Below are positions 31,064-41,110 of a stretch of DNA of 64,000 nt, piece after piece. The translations under genes were made by a program, and so were the position numbers. Below the pieces are notes generated by a model. It made no database searches, was not told where the DNA came from, and saw nothing but the letters and a program-made list of their open reading frames with translations. Positions within the stretch are counted from its first letter, which is position 1. The number at the start of each line of letters is the position of its first letter. The stretch covers positions 673,755 through 737,754 of the forward strand of contig CAWCBP010000008.1 of NCBI GenBank assembly GCA_963793865.1, written 5' to 3'. Source of the DNA: an uncultured delta proteobacterium (GTDB lineage Bacteria > Desulfobacterota > WTBG01).

Positions 31064-31115
31064 AAAAAAAGGGGATAGAAACCTGTATGGCAGAGCATGC
31101 ATCATTTCTATCCCC
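31064..31115 (-). terminator. Probable terminator after the Tat paralogue pair
   Basis: GGGGATAGAAA / TTTCTATCCCC stem with a long loop, followed by T7 on the minus strand. Confidence 0.5.
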
Positions 31116-31141
31116 CTGGCTGCGCGTGTCGGCAGATGCAT

Positions 31142-31807
31142 CTATATCACTTTTATCCGGCACATTTCTCCCGGTTCGACTTCCACCTTGACGCCCGCGT
31201 TGGCGGCGAATCCCGACCAGACCGGTATGCACCATTTGTTATGAACGTCCTCCCAGGTGATCTGGTAGGTGCCCATGCCCTTTTGTATCTGATCGAGTAT
31301 GGGCTTGAAGGGGCAGGGGACGCAGCGCTCCCCGTCCTTGATTTCAATGCGCTCGTAGAGCTGGTAGGAGCAGCTTGTCCGCTCGAAGTTTCCCCAGAGA
31401 AAGGCGTCTTTCCCGAACATCTCGATGCCCTTTTTTATATGCCTGTCCACCACCACGCCCAGGGTCCAGACATAATGCTCGGCGCGTTCCTTCCAGATTC
31501 CTTGTCTCACCGCAAAATCGAGATTTCTCAGGTGCATCTTGACCAGCGCGTCGTTGAACTTGTGCGGATAGGGTTTTGTGTCGCTGTACGTTTTGACCAG
31601 CACCTTCACGGCGTCCGCGAGATCGTCCCGCTGGGCAAAACTCCCGTCCAGCCAGGCCATCGCCGCCTGGGGAATGATGGCAATGCCGAGTGAAGACAGG
31701 GCGCTGACGCCCAGGAGCTTTTTGGCAAAATTTCTGCGGGATATGGCCTCGCCGTTGTTCGCTGATTCGCCCGCATCTTTCAATAGTGCTGCAGTGTTAG
31801 CATCCAT
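31142..31807 (-). CDS. Tat-signal hypothetical protein with 4 conserved Cys (V4R/ATC-hydrolase-like), paralogue 2
   Basis: SRRNFAK..AMA; shares QRDDL, PYPHKFND, CSYQL.ERIE, PCP, KWCIPVW.GFA and PGE.C with its neighbour. Confidence 0.7.
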   Translation of the reverse strand: MDANTAALLKDAGESANNGEAISRRNFAKKLLGVSALSSLGIAIIPQAAMAWLDGSFAQRDDLADAVKVLVKTYSDTKPYPHKFNDALVKMHLRNLDFAVRQGIWKERAEHYVWTLGVVVDRHIKKGIEMFGKDAFLWGNFERTSCSYQLYERIEIKDGERCVPCPFKPILDQIQKGMGTYQITWEDVHNKWCIPVWSGFAANAGVKVEVEPGEMCRIKVI

Positions 31808-31831
31808 GGGTATTTCTCCTCCCGAATCCGG

Positions 31832-32542
31832 TTAAGCCAGTTTGACCACGCAGGTTTCCCCCGGCGTGATGGCGATTTTGACCTCCATCTCGTTTGCAAA
31901 TCCCTGCCAGACAGGAATACACCACTTGCTGCAGACTTCCTCCCACTTCATGACGAAGCGGCCTGGCAGCCACTGCTTGCACCGCTCAAGCGCAGGCCCG
32001 TAAGGGCAGGGGAAGCTGCGCTCTCCCTGTTTAACCTCAATCCGTTCCATGAGCTGGTAGGAGCAGGTGGTGCCTTCAAACATGCCCTCGAGGGCCTTGT
32101 CGGGCCCGTCTTTTGCCACCTGCTGCTTGATCCGCTGGAGAAGCGGCTTCATGGTGGTGACATAGTGTTCCACGTACTCCTTCTCCAGACCCTTGGAGAC
32201 GATGAGTTCCAGGCACTCAAGCTGGCCCTTGGAAATGACGTCATTGAATTTATGGGGATAGGGCCGGCTGGAATCGTAGGTCATATACATGGATTTGAGG
32301 GCATCATCCAGGTCATCCCGCTGGAGGAACGGGTTCTCCTGCATCATTTTAAGAGGATTGCCCATGCCCGCAGGAGGGCCGCCTGCGGCTCCCCCGGGGG
32401 CACCACCCGGTGCCTTGCCCGGAGGTCCGCCCGGACCCGCTCCGAAAACCAGCCTGGCGGGATTGAAAGCGGCAAGGAGTGTCAGCGCGCCGCCCCATTT
32501 GAGGGTTTGTTTGGTAAAATCCCTTCTTTCACGATCGCTCAT
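31832..32542 (-). CDS. Tat-signal hypothetical protein with Gly/Pro linker and 4 conserved Cys, paralogue 1
   Basis: ERRDFTK; GPGGPPGKAPGGAPGG linker; same motifs as its neighbour. Confidence 0.7.
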   Translation of the reverse strand: MSDRERRDFTKQTLKWGGALTLLAAFNPARLVFGAGPGGPPGKAPGGAPGGAAGGPPAGMGNPLKMMQENPFLQRDDLDDALKSMYMTYDSSRPYPHKFNDVISKGQLECLELIVSKGLEKEYVEHYVTTMKPLLQRIKQQVAKDGPDKALEGMFEGTTCSYQLMERIEVKQGERSFPCPYGPALERCKQWLPGRFVMKWEEVCSKWCIPVWQGFANEMEVKIAITPGETCVVKLA

Positions 32543-32616
32543 ACCGCACCTCCCTCTGCTGATTTACATGAACTCTATTTTAACATACACAGTGCATGCC
32601 TCGTCCTTACTATCAC

Positions 32617-32733
32617 CACTCAGGATAAAAATCTAGCCAAAAATATTTGAAATTTCGGTAGGAGCGCCTTCAGGCGCGATGCATTCGCGGCTTAAAGCCG
32701 TTCCTACCGGCGATCAAAGTTTCTGAGAGGAAA
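32617..32733 (+). repeat. About 115-bp REPIN/MITE-like element, copy 1
   Basis: Near-identical to the reverse complement of 39931-40047; core GTAGGAGCGCCTTCAGGCGCGA..TCGCGGCTTAAAGCCGTTCCTAC. Confidence 0.85.
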
Positions 32734-32774
32734 ATTCTCAGACTTAAGCCTTTAAAACTCTAGAACATTTTCCC

Positions 32775-33164
32775 CTAAACATGTTTCCTTCGTCCATCTT
32801 CCTCGAGGGCTTCGTAGCAGGCGGGGGAAAAGCGGGGCGTGCAGATGCAATAAAAGACCAGGGCTTCGTCCCCCGCGTTGGTGATCTGCTGGACCGTTCC
32901 TGCCGGAATTACCACCACATCCCCGGGCACGACTTTCTCCGGGGCCATCCCGCCCACCTTGACTATGCCGGTTCCCTGAAGGATGAGATACCGCTCGTCC
33001 ACACCCCGCAGGCGGTGCGGCTGCGTGGTAACCCCCGGTTTGACCGTTGCCCGCGCCACTGAGACCGATCCGTCGCGATCATCGTCCCAGATTTTAAGAA
33101 TCCGGCAGCGCTCCGGCGTATCATATTCCGCTGACGGGTCCGGTTTGTGTATCAGGGGTTGCAT
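32775..33164 (-). CDS. Cupin domain protein
   Basis: PG..TQPH.L..DERYLILQGTG, PGDVVVIPAG..QQITN. Confidence 0.88.
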   Translation of the reverse strand: MQPLIHKPDPSAEYDTPERCRILKIWDDDRDGSVSVARATVKPGVTTQPHRLRGVDERYLILQGTGIVKVGGMAPEKVVPGDVVVIPAGTVQQITNAGDEALVFYCICTPRFSPACYEALEEDGRRKHV

Positions 33165-33232
33165 AATCAGTGCTCCGGGGTTGAAAATTCATATCTATAG
33201 TGAACGACTTTAAAAAGTTGAGAAAGAGTATT

Positions 33233-33298
33233 GTCATTGTGAGCGTTAGCGAAGTAATGCTCATAGATTGCCGCGTCGCTTGCGTTCCTCGCAATGAC
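33233..33298. repeat. GTCATTGCGAG-type REP element (second copy 56773-56880)
   Basis: GTCATTGyGAGC..AGCGAAG..AAT..AGATTGCCGCGTCGC..CCTCGCAAyGAC at both sites. Confidence 0.75.
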
Positions 33299-33327
33299 TA
33301 TTTTATTGTGTCGACTACTATAGTCCG

Positions 33328-34714
33328 CTAAAACATGTCGGTCAGGAACTTACCCCCGTTCTTAAGCGCCCGGGTCGCCGGCTCATACATGATTTTCCGC
33401 TTCACCGTCTGGGTGAGCAACAGACGCTGAAGCCCCATGATTTTCCCGCTGCTCCCTCCCTGGGCCGATGATGATTTTTTAAGGGTATCCGCGGAATGTT
33501 GCCAGCTTCCGGTTCGCACATATTCGGCGATGCCGATTGCGTCTTTTGAGGGGATCATGCGCTCAACAAACCTTCTCAGAAGGCGGCCGCGATTTTCCCA
33601 CATGGGCCGCCGAAGCAGCTTTCCTTCTTCGACCATCTTTTTCAGCACGCCGCCCAGCTCCCGGTTGCGAACAAAGACGCTGTTGTAGCCGAACTCGTTG
33701 AGCCGGTTGTCCGACGCGGTTACGCCGATGCTCACATCCGCTTCCTTGCAGACAATAAAGCTGGGACAGACCATGCAGCCCATGGCAACGGTATCCGCAA
33801 TGAAATCAGTGTAGGAGAATGGGTGATAGCGGCCGTCACGGGTCATCAGCCCGTCCCGGACGAACCAGAGAAAGTCCTTGCCCTCGCTCAGCTGCTGGTA
33901 AACGGTTTTCTTGGTTGTTTCAGCGTGCTTGATGACATCCTCCTCGCGGACCCCCAGCTTCTGATAAATCCGGTCGATGCCCCCGTGCCTGGTGCTGGAA
34001 AAGCAGTTTACCCCGATGATGAATTTCAGGTTGCCCGCGAGCTGATCGGCCCTTTTTGCAAGCGCGGGAAACGCGCCTTTCAGCTCGGGGTCCTCCCGGA
34101 CGATCTGCAATTTCCTCAGCGCAGCGGTATGGCAGGAAAGGCCGACCACGGCGAACCTCTTGTAGGCGGACATCTTTTTCAGGTCCTGCAACAGCGGGCT
34201 GAGCTGACATTTAGAGCGGCATGCGCGGAAGGTTTCCTCCGGCCGGGTGGAGATGACGGGCCGGCCGTGGTGGCAGATGTACTGGTGCTCGTGCTCCGAT
34301 CCCCAGGTGGAGCACCGCATCGATGATGTTGTGCTCCAGCAGGTAATATACCAGCGCGGTGGTGGTGCCGCCGGTGGCGCCCCGCTCGAAAATATCGTCG
34401 GTCAGGGCCCGGGCGGTAAACCGTTCCAGATGATTGCCCACGCGGGAGGCCACCTCATCGGCGGGACTACCGAAATAGCGTGCCTCTATCCTGGTCTTCG
34501 GGTAAAAGCTGCGGGGACAGCCCTGGTAGCATAATCCGCATGAGGTGCACTTCCCGGTCAGAGCCGGTTTGCTCCCCTGCATTTCGATGGCATCGGCGGG
34601 GCACAGGGCCGCGCACAACCCGCAGGATGAACAGCAATGCTCGATAACCTGCTGCAGGGCGGCAAAGCCATCCTTGGATGCCAGCGCGTGACGGTTCAGA
34701 CGGTCGTTTTCCAT
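33328..34714 (-). CDS. Coenzyme F420 hydrogenase/dehydrogenase beta-subunit (FrhB/FdhB)-like protein with N-terminal 2x[4Fe-4S]; frameshift near 34302
   Basis: CSSCGLCAALCP, CTSCGLCYQGCPR, GATGGTTTAL, RSK, VVGLSCH, IGVNC, GCMVC..ADVSIG. Confidence 0.82.
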
Positions 34715-34786
34715 ACGATTCTCTTTCTGCTGCAGCTGATTAACGGGCTCGGTTTGTGTACCACCTTGTACGCCGGCCGTCCAGGG

Positions 34787-35506
34787 TTACAGTTTCCTGT
34801 CTGACGCGGCAAAGAGCGCAACTGAACCGATGACACGGCATATGTGGTATTGGAAATGCTTTGAAAGCACCGCTTCAAGATCTTCCGCCGTATCAGGGGT
34901 GTTATGAAAGCTGCCTATGAAATTGTAAAATGTGAGTACGGCTCTGGCCCAATTGTTTGTGGCAGCGGTAGCGCCGAGAATGGTGCTGCCGAACAGCACC
35001 CCTTCCGGTGCCATGACTGCTTTAAGATTGGCAATCACGCTCGCTTTGTGGGCAAAGCTGCCGGGAAGACAATGAAGAACATAGTTGAGACAGACACTCT
35101 CAAAAAGATGATTCAGGTGGGGCAGGGGATTGAAGAGGTTGTGCTGTATGAGTTGGGGCCGATATCGCCTGAGCCTTCGGCCGGCCCATGCAAGGCTGCC
35201 GGGACTGTAATCAAGCAGCGTTAGCACCCATTGTTTGTGTGCATCGCCAGCGGACCGGTTGTCATATTTCCTGCACCGATCCGGCAGATACCCTGTTCCG
35301 CATCCGGCTTCAAGATGAATGCTGCCGACATAACGATCGAAGTGTTCCTTCAGATAGGAAGATGGGCATTTCCAGATATAGGGGTTCCATATTCGATACA
35401 CCCCCGCATCATAAAGAAGGAGCATCGGAAACACATAGGGTCTGACCGCCCGTTTGGTTTCTTTCTCAAATTGAATGGTTTTCTGGATCGCGTTTTTTTC
35501 GTCCAC
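34787..35506 (-). CDS. Class I SAM-dependent methyltransferase
   Basis: HLEAGCGTGY, LNYVLHCLPG, GVLFGSTILG. Confidence 0.85.
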   Translation of the reverse strand: MDEKNAIQKTIQFEKETKRAVRPYVFPMLLLYDAGVYRIWNPYIWKCPSSYLKEHFDRYVGSIHLEAGCGTGYLPDRCRKYDNRSAGDAHKQWVLTLLDYSPGSLAWAGRRLRRYRPQLIQHNLFNPLPHLNHLFESVCLNYVLHCLPGSFAHKASVIANLKAVMAPEGVLFGSTILGATAATNNWARAVLTFYNFIGSFHNTPDTAEDLEAVLSKHFQYHICRVIGSVALFAASDRKL

Positions 35507-35546
35507 GTCAAAGGCAAGAAGGGTTGATCAGAAGAAAAGGCTTGCA

Positions 35547-38271
35547 CTAATCTATGTCATCCGCATCGTACACACCGTCTTCGTCGCGGTCGATGCCGAT
35601 GCGCATTCCGGTGCCGGGCGGTACGCAGGTAAAGGTCAGCTCCTGTCCGGGATCCGATGAGATCCGGCACAGTTGCTCATATGTGTGCTGTTCCCCGGCA
35701 TGATCACTCTGGAAGGGCGTGAGATCGATGCTGTCGGAACCTCCGGTCATCAGCCAGCCCCGGTATTCACCGTTGAGCATGCCCTTTACCACCAGGTCGC
35801 ATTCAGGCCGCGGGGTTTCCACGCGGGCGCGCTGTATGAAGAGCGCTATGCGTTCACGTGCTTCATCCCTGCCCGCGGCGGTCAGTGTCATCTGCTGGCC
35901 GACAATGGGCGCCAGGTTGCTGTCAAAAGCCATGAGGAAAGCGATCAGGGCTTTCGCCTTGATATCTTTCGCTGGCATCCCCATTTCCCTGGCAAAGCGG
36001 TAGCCGCCGCGCAGGTTGAAACCGAACATGAAGTGAGTGAAGATGGTGTCCTGGACCCCTTCGTGGTCAAAGCCGAACCCGCGAATCTGCGGGAGATACA
36101 GCGGAAGGCCGTTCAGCACCGAGTCGACGCCGAACATCCCCACTTTTTGATAGAGGTTTCTCAAGTGCGGGACTTTGAAATCCTGGCTGCTTTTGATGCC
36201 GGCCATTGTACCGCCGGTACCGTACTTGCCTTCGGCCGGATTCAGCTCATGGCACTGCACGCACATGTTCATGAAGGGGCCGATGTTGGATATTACCGGG
36301 GTGGTGGTCTTGTCCTCGTAAAAGATGCGCTTCCCCTCAGACTGCAGCGCGTCAAGCGAGTTGTCCAGGGCCCGTATGGGATTGGGGGGATAGGTGAGCT
36401 GCAGCGCGAATGCGGTAAAGATTTCCATTTGCTCATCCGTCAGGGGGGCATGTCTCCCCAGCAGGCTCACAAAGGCACCGTTGAATTCCTTAAAGGCCGC
36501 CGATTCCAGCGATTCGCCCTCCCGCGCGCAAGCCCCTGGCGGTCGCCGCGCCAGTGCATCGGGCCGCTATCGGCAATGCCGCGCAGGCTTTGGGTTACCA
36601 TGGGACCCTTGAGGGGATGAAGCCGGCGCTGTTCCGGCAACTGATAATTTACCTCCGCATACGGTGTGGTGTTCTCCCGGACCTCATCATCAGGATTGCC
36701 CAGATCCCATGCCAGACCGTCAACATCGCCGAAGACGTGGCATCCCGCGCAGGACAGATCACCGCAGCTTGATGACAGGGAGGCGTCATATAAGAAGGGC
36801 CGGCCTTCAATAAGGCTCGCGGGCTCGGGGGTATAGAGGGTTGTGTGATGTATTTCTGAAAAGCTGTCCAGGTCAACCACCGAGATGCCGTTATCGAAGC
36901 GCGTAAACACATAGAGCCGGTTTTTCGCGCCGTCATACGCAATGCCGCCGGGGCCGCCGGCGCTGAGCAGCAGCTGGTCATCGGTACGCGGCATAAAGGA
37001 GCCGGCTGTGAGCGACTGCGTGTCGATGCGCACGATCTTTCGGGATCCGAATGCGGCAAGATAGAGCCTGGTCCCGTCATCGCTGACCGCCATAGCCTGT
37101 GGCTCGGCGATGCTTAAGGAGCGCTCATTTTCACCGTCGCACTGTCCGCTGTCGTCGAGGTGGGGGTTCAGGTCCTGCGGCTCGACCCGGCCGTCCCTGA
37201 TGACCGTAATGCGGTTCTCGAGATAATGTCCACGGACCGTGGTCCCGCGCGTCCCCGAACCCTCAAAGCGCATGTGGTTGAGAGCCTCGGTATTGGACAC
37301 GTAAAGGTCGCTGCTTACCGGGTTCACTGCCATGTTGAAGAGGGTTGTTCCCACACCGCTGTATGCGGTGACCGGCCGTGCAAGAGGATCATCCGCGTCA
37401 ATGGCAAAAACATCATAGTCAGGGAGCTTGAAAAACACCTGTGCCGTGTATTTTTTTCCGGTTGAGGGATCGACCCACTCGCCATTCACATATTTTACGA
37501 TCAGGGAGGTTTCCGGCTGCTCAATGCCTGAGGGAGAGGTGGTTGGTTCAGCCTTGTTGACCGGGAACAGGTTGAGATTGTTAACCACGGTGGTTTGGTT
37601 GCCGGAATGGAAGACGGCGGCGAACACCGTGTCGCCGGTGGGGTTGACCGCCAGTGCCCGCGGCGTATCGCCGAAAAGGGTTACCACCGTGTCGGGGCTG
37701 CCTCCCGGCGCATCTCCCAGGTTGGCGGGATCAAACACCCAGACGTCCGCTCTGCCCACGCCCTGTCGTGTCAACTCCGGGTCCCGCGGATTGTTCTGCC
37801 CGCGGTGGGCGCAGGTGATGAAGGCGCGGCGCCTGCTCGACACCTGCGAAGACAATGTCCCGCGGCTCATCACCCGCCAGCAGGGTGCGTATCACCCGGG
37901 GATGAGTTCCCTCTTCAAGGGAAACCACGCTGACGCTGTCGGAAAGATGGTTGACCACCCACACCTGTGAATTGTTCAAGCGCGGCAACAGCCACCGGTT
38001 CCATGCCCACCGGAATTGAAAAACGGTGCCTGAGTGCCGGGCCGTCAATGTCAAAAATCTCCAGCCGGTTGTCCGGCGTGTTGACCGCATAGAGTCTTTC
38101 GCCGTCCGGAGATAGTGCCAGGGGTCTGACCTGCCCGCTTTCGAAGGCGACAAATGAAGAGGAGGTGTCGGCTCCCGCAGGACCTGCAGGGAACAGGCAG
38201 AGAATGCCGAGCAGAAGAGAAAGGGCTGCCGGCGCCGTGTGAAATCTTTTTTTATGTCGTTTCATGAGCAT
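35547..38271 (-). CDS. Secreted YVTN-type beta-propeller fused to a di-haem cytochrome c domain; frameshifts near 37980, 37835 and 36520
   Basis: Signal peptide; [32 protein letters not shown] and [33 protein letters not shown]. Confidence 0.8.
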
Positions 38272-38289
38272 GAGGCACTTCCGTTTGGT

Positions 38290-39051
38290 TCAGGGTTGCA
38301 GGGTAAAGGTCTTCCTTTGTCGCTTAAGCCATCTGATGAGCTCCCGGTCAGGGGACAATGTGTACATGCCCAGGCACAGCCGCTGGGGCCTGAACTGGTA
38401 GGAGTGATATTCATTAATACAGCCGGTGATGAACTCGAATCCCCTTTTCCCCCACGCGGCAACCAGCCGCTTGAAGCTGATGGCCGGCAAAAAATCAAGC
38501 GGCCCCTTCCGGAACCACTTTTCCCGGTAAAAAATCCCGTTGATGACGCTTGAACAATTGTTGTCAAGCCTGGAAAACCGGTATCCGCCGGCCTGAAATG
38601 TCTGTTCCAGCCCCTCAAAGTGATCAGCGTAAAATTGCTGCTTATCCCCGGGAAAATCCTTGAGCGCGGCGTAAAAGATGACCGTGCGCTTGGCCTCCGC
38701 CTTCTCATAGAGATGGACATGACGAAAACAGGGCGAGGCGGGGTCCCGGTCGAACCAGCCTCCGTCCTCATAGAGCCAGGCGGTGACGGGCATTCGGGAA
38801 ACCAGGAAACTTGAGCGGAGCTTTTCGGGATCGTGGAGCTGGTAAACCGTACTTCCCAGGCCTAACGAAAGATGGCCGTGGTAGGAGATGGTCTTCCGGT
38901 AAAGTTTGCACACGGGATAAAAGGGGAGTGAGAAAAACAGGACAAAGTTGTAGCACGCGGGCAGAGATGAAGATGATGGTCCCGGAATCGGCTGACCGTA
39001 TCCAGCGGCCGCAGCGGGGGCTGAAGCATCAGCAGGGCGTAATAAGTTCAT
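38290..39051 (-). CDS. Hypothetical protein, possible permuted papain-like fold (start uncertain)
   Basis: HGHLSLGLGSTVY followed later by FSRLDNNCSS. Confidence 0.5.
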   Translation of the reverse strand: MNLLRPADASAPAAAAGYGQPIPGPSSSSLPACYNFVLFFSLPFYPVCKLYRKTISYHGHLSLGLGSTVYQLHDPEKLRSSFLVSRMPVTAWLYEDGGWFDRDPASPCFRHVHLYEKAEAKRTVIFYAALKDFPGDKQQFYADHFEGLEQTFQAGGYRFSRLDNNCSSVINGIFYREKWFRKGPLDFLPAISFKRLVAAWGKRGFEFITGCINEYHSYQFRPQRLCLGMYTLSPDRELIRWLKRQRKTFTLQP

Positions 39052-39297
39052 CTGTAGGGTATCCCGCGCACATGCGTTGTCTGTGGTGTTCCCTCAGGCT
39101 TACTATAACACGTTTTGTATCATGTTTCATGCCGGTCTTGAAAAATATTTTTGCAGGCGATGAAGTCCCCGGATGATGACGGGTAACGATTCGTTGAAGA
39201 CACACAATGATGGATTCTTTTCAAGTTCTAATGAAGAACTCCACAGCATGTGTTCCTGTGGAGTTCTGGTGCATCATTATTCCCGATGGGGATGCAT

Positions 39298-39867
39298 TTA
39301 TTCTTCAGTTTCTGTACGCATGGGGAACAGCGCATCAATCATTTCCTTTATTTCTTCCCTGAATGCTTCGTCTTCCTCGATAGCCCTGATGAGCAGGGGG
39401 TTCCAGAAGTAAAACAGCCTGATAATCTCACGGCCTTCCGGGGTTCGGCTCAGCATGTTGTCCTTGAAATAGCGGAGCATCGCTGTTTCTGCTGAATCCT
39501 CACCATAGATCTTTTCAAAAAGACAGGGTGCGGTTGTAGTGGTTGAGGATGTGGTGGTCGGCACTGATGAAGTGGATGGCAGAGATGAACTGGTAGTTAT
39601 GATCGAAGTGGTCGAAGGGATCACCGTCGATGTTGTAGGCCGGATCGACGTTGTGGTTGAAGAGGGAAACGGTGTGGGTGTCGGCGTAAGCGTTGGTGTA
39701 GGAGTAGGTGTGGGCGTGGGGGGTGTGGGCGTGGGAGTAGGCGTAGGTGTCGGCGTGGGTGTCGGTGTTTGCCCCCACAAGAGGTTATCCGTTGGTGATG
39801 AGTCAAATATGCTCAGGGCTATACCCGTGCATACAACCAGAAACACTACCGTGCATTTCTTCATCAT
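39298..39867 (-). CDS. Exported Pro-Thr/Ser-Thr-rich protein with a CFI-box-CTERM-like C-terminal domain
   Basis: Signal peptide, (PT)n and TTTS tracts, C-terminal CLFEKIYGEDS..LRYFKDNMLSRTPEGREII.L.Y..P. Confidence 0.75.
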   Translation of the reverse strand: MMKKCTVVFLVVCTGIALSIFDSSPTDNLLWGQTPTPTPTPTPTPTPTPPTPTPTPTPTLTPTPTPFPSSTTTSIRPTTSTVIPSTTSIITTSSSLPSTSSVPTTTSSTTTTAPCLFEKIYGEDSAETAMLRYFKDNMLSRTPEGREIIRLFYFWNPLLIRAIEEDEAFREEIKEMIDALFPMRTETEE

Positions 39868-39930
39868 GGAGCTTAACTCGCGGTAGATTCTTAGAGGCTC
39901 ACATCTGAGCATTTACCAACTGCCGGCTGG

Positions 39931-40047
39931 TTTTTCTCTCAGAAACATTGATAACCGGCAGGAGCGGCTTTAAGCCGCGAATGTATCGCGCCTGAAGGCG
40001 CTCCTACCGAAATTTCAAATATCTTTGGCTGGGATTTTACCTGAATG
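39931..40047 (-). repeat. About 115-bp REPIN/MITE-like element, copy 2 (inverted)
   Basis: Reverse complement aligns with 32617-32733. Confidence 0.85.
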
Positions 40048-40093
40048 CTTTGCAACGCATAGTATGTTACGACTTCCCAGGAGTCAATAGCTT

Positions 40094-41068
40094 TTATTTT
40101 GTTCCGTCCTTTTCTGCCGGTGAGTCGTCCCGGGCAAACCCTATTTTGCCCGCAATAATGTAGAGTGGTCTGCCCTTTGCCTCGTCATAGATACGGGCAA
40201 TATACCAACTCATTACACTGAGTGCTGCCAGCACAATCCCGCAGAAAAAGAGGTTGCTTGCTATTATTATCAGCCAGAGAGGAAACCCCTCCTGCACTAT
40301 CATTATCCGAAAGATTCCCGGGATCAGCAGGATAAGGCCCGCAAGCGAAAACAGGCAACCGAGGCAGAGAAGGATTTTAAGGGGCGCGTTTGAAAATGAT
40401 AGCAGGGCGTCAGCCGCCAGCCGGAGTCTCTTGGTGAAAAAGTATTTTGAGCTCCCCGCGCACCGTTCCTGCCTGCTATATTCCACGACAGCTTGTTTAA
40501 AACCAACCCAGCTTACCAGTCCCCGCAGGTACCGGTTCCGCTCGGGAAGATTTTTTATGGCGTCGCATACGGCGCGATCCAGGAGCCTGAAATCGCCCAC
40601 GTCGACGGGTATGGTGCCATCGGTGAGGCTGTTCAGCAGGCGGTAGAAGATCGCGGCCTCCATTCTTTTGAGAATGGTTTCCCCGCTCCTCCTGGTTCTC
40701 CTGGCATAGACGACCTCATAGCCTTCCTTCCACCTGTCTATCATGGCGGGGATAACCTCCGGAGGGTCCTGCAGGTCTGCATCAATCAGAATAACACCGC
40801 TTCCCGATGAACACTCTATGCCGGCGCTCAGGGCCGCCTGCTGTCCGAAGTTCCTTGAAAAAATGATTCCCTTCACCCGGTGGTCATCCTGTACCAGCTT
40901 ACGCAGCACGGAAGCTGTGCGGTCAGTACTGCCGTCATCGACAAACAGCAGCTCGTAATCTTCCCCGCAGGCTTCCATAACCTGTGTGATCCGGGAGTAG
41001 GCCTTGCGCAAAACCTCTTCTTCATTAAAGACGGGAATGATGACGGAAAGGCCAATCGTTTTATTCAT
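40094..41068 (-). CDS. GT2 polyprenol-phosphate glycosyltransferase (GtrB/DPM synthase-like)
   Basis: SVIIPVFNEE, VDDGSTD, SRNFGQQAA, DADLQDPP, two C-terminal TMs, RPLYII. Confidence 0.92.
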   Translation of the reverse strand: MNKTIGLSVIIPVFNEEEVLRKAYSRITQVMEACGEDYELLFVDDGSTDRTASVLRKLVQDDHRVKGIIFSRNFGQQAALSAGIECSSGSGVILIDADLQDPPEVIPAMIDRWKEGYEVVYARRTRRSGETILKRMEAAIFYRLLNSLTDGTIPVDVGDFRLLDRAVCDAIKNLPERNRYLRGLVSWVGFKQAVVEYSRQERCAGSSKYFFTKRLRLAADALLSFSNAPLKILLCLGCLFSLAGLILLIPGIFRIMIVQEGFPLWLIIIASNLFFCGIVLAALSVMSWYIARIYDEAKGRPLYIIAGKIGFARDDSPAEKDGTK

Positions 41069-41110
41069 AGTGGTATTCCCCGACCTTTGAAGGCGTTGCA
41101 CCTGATCAGC

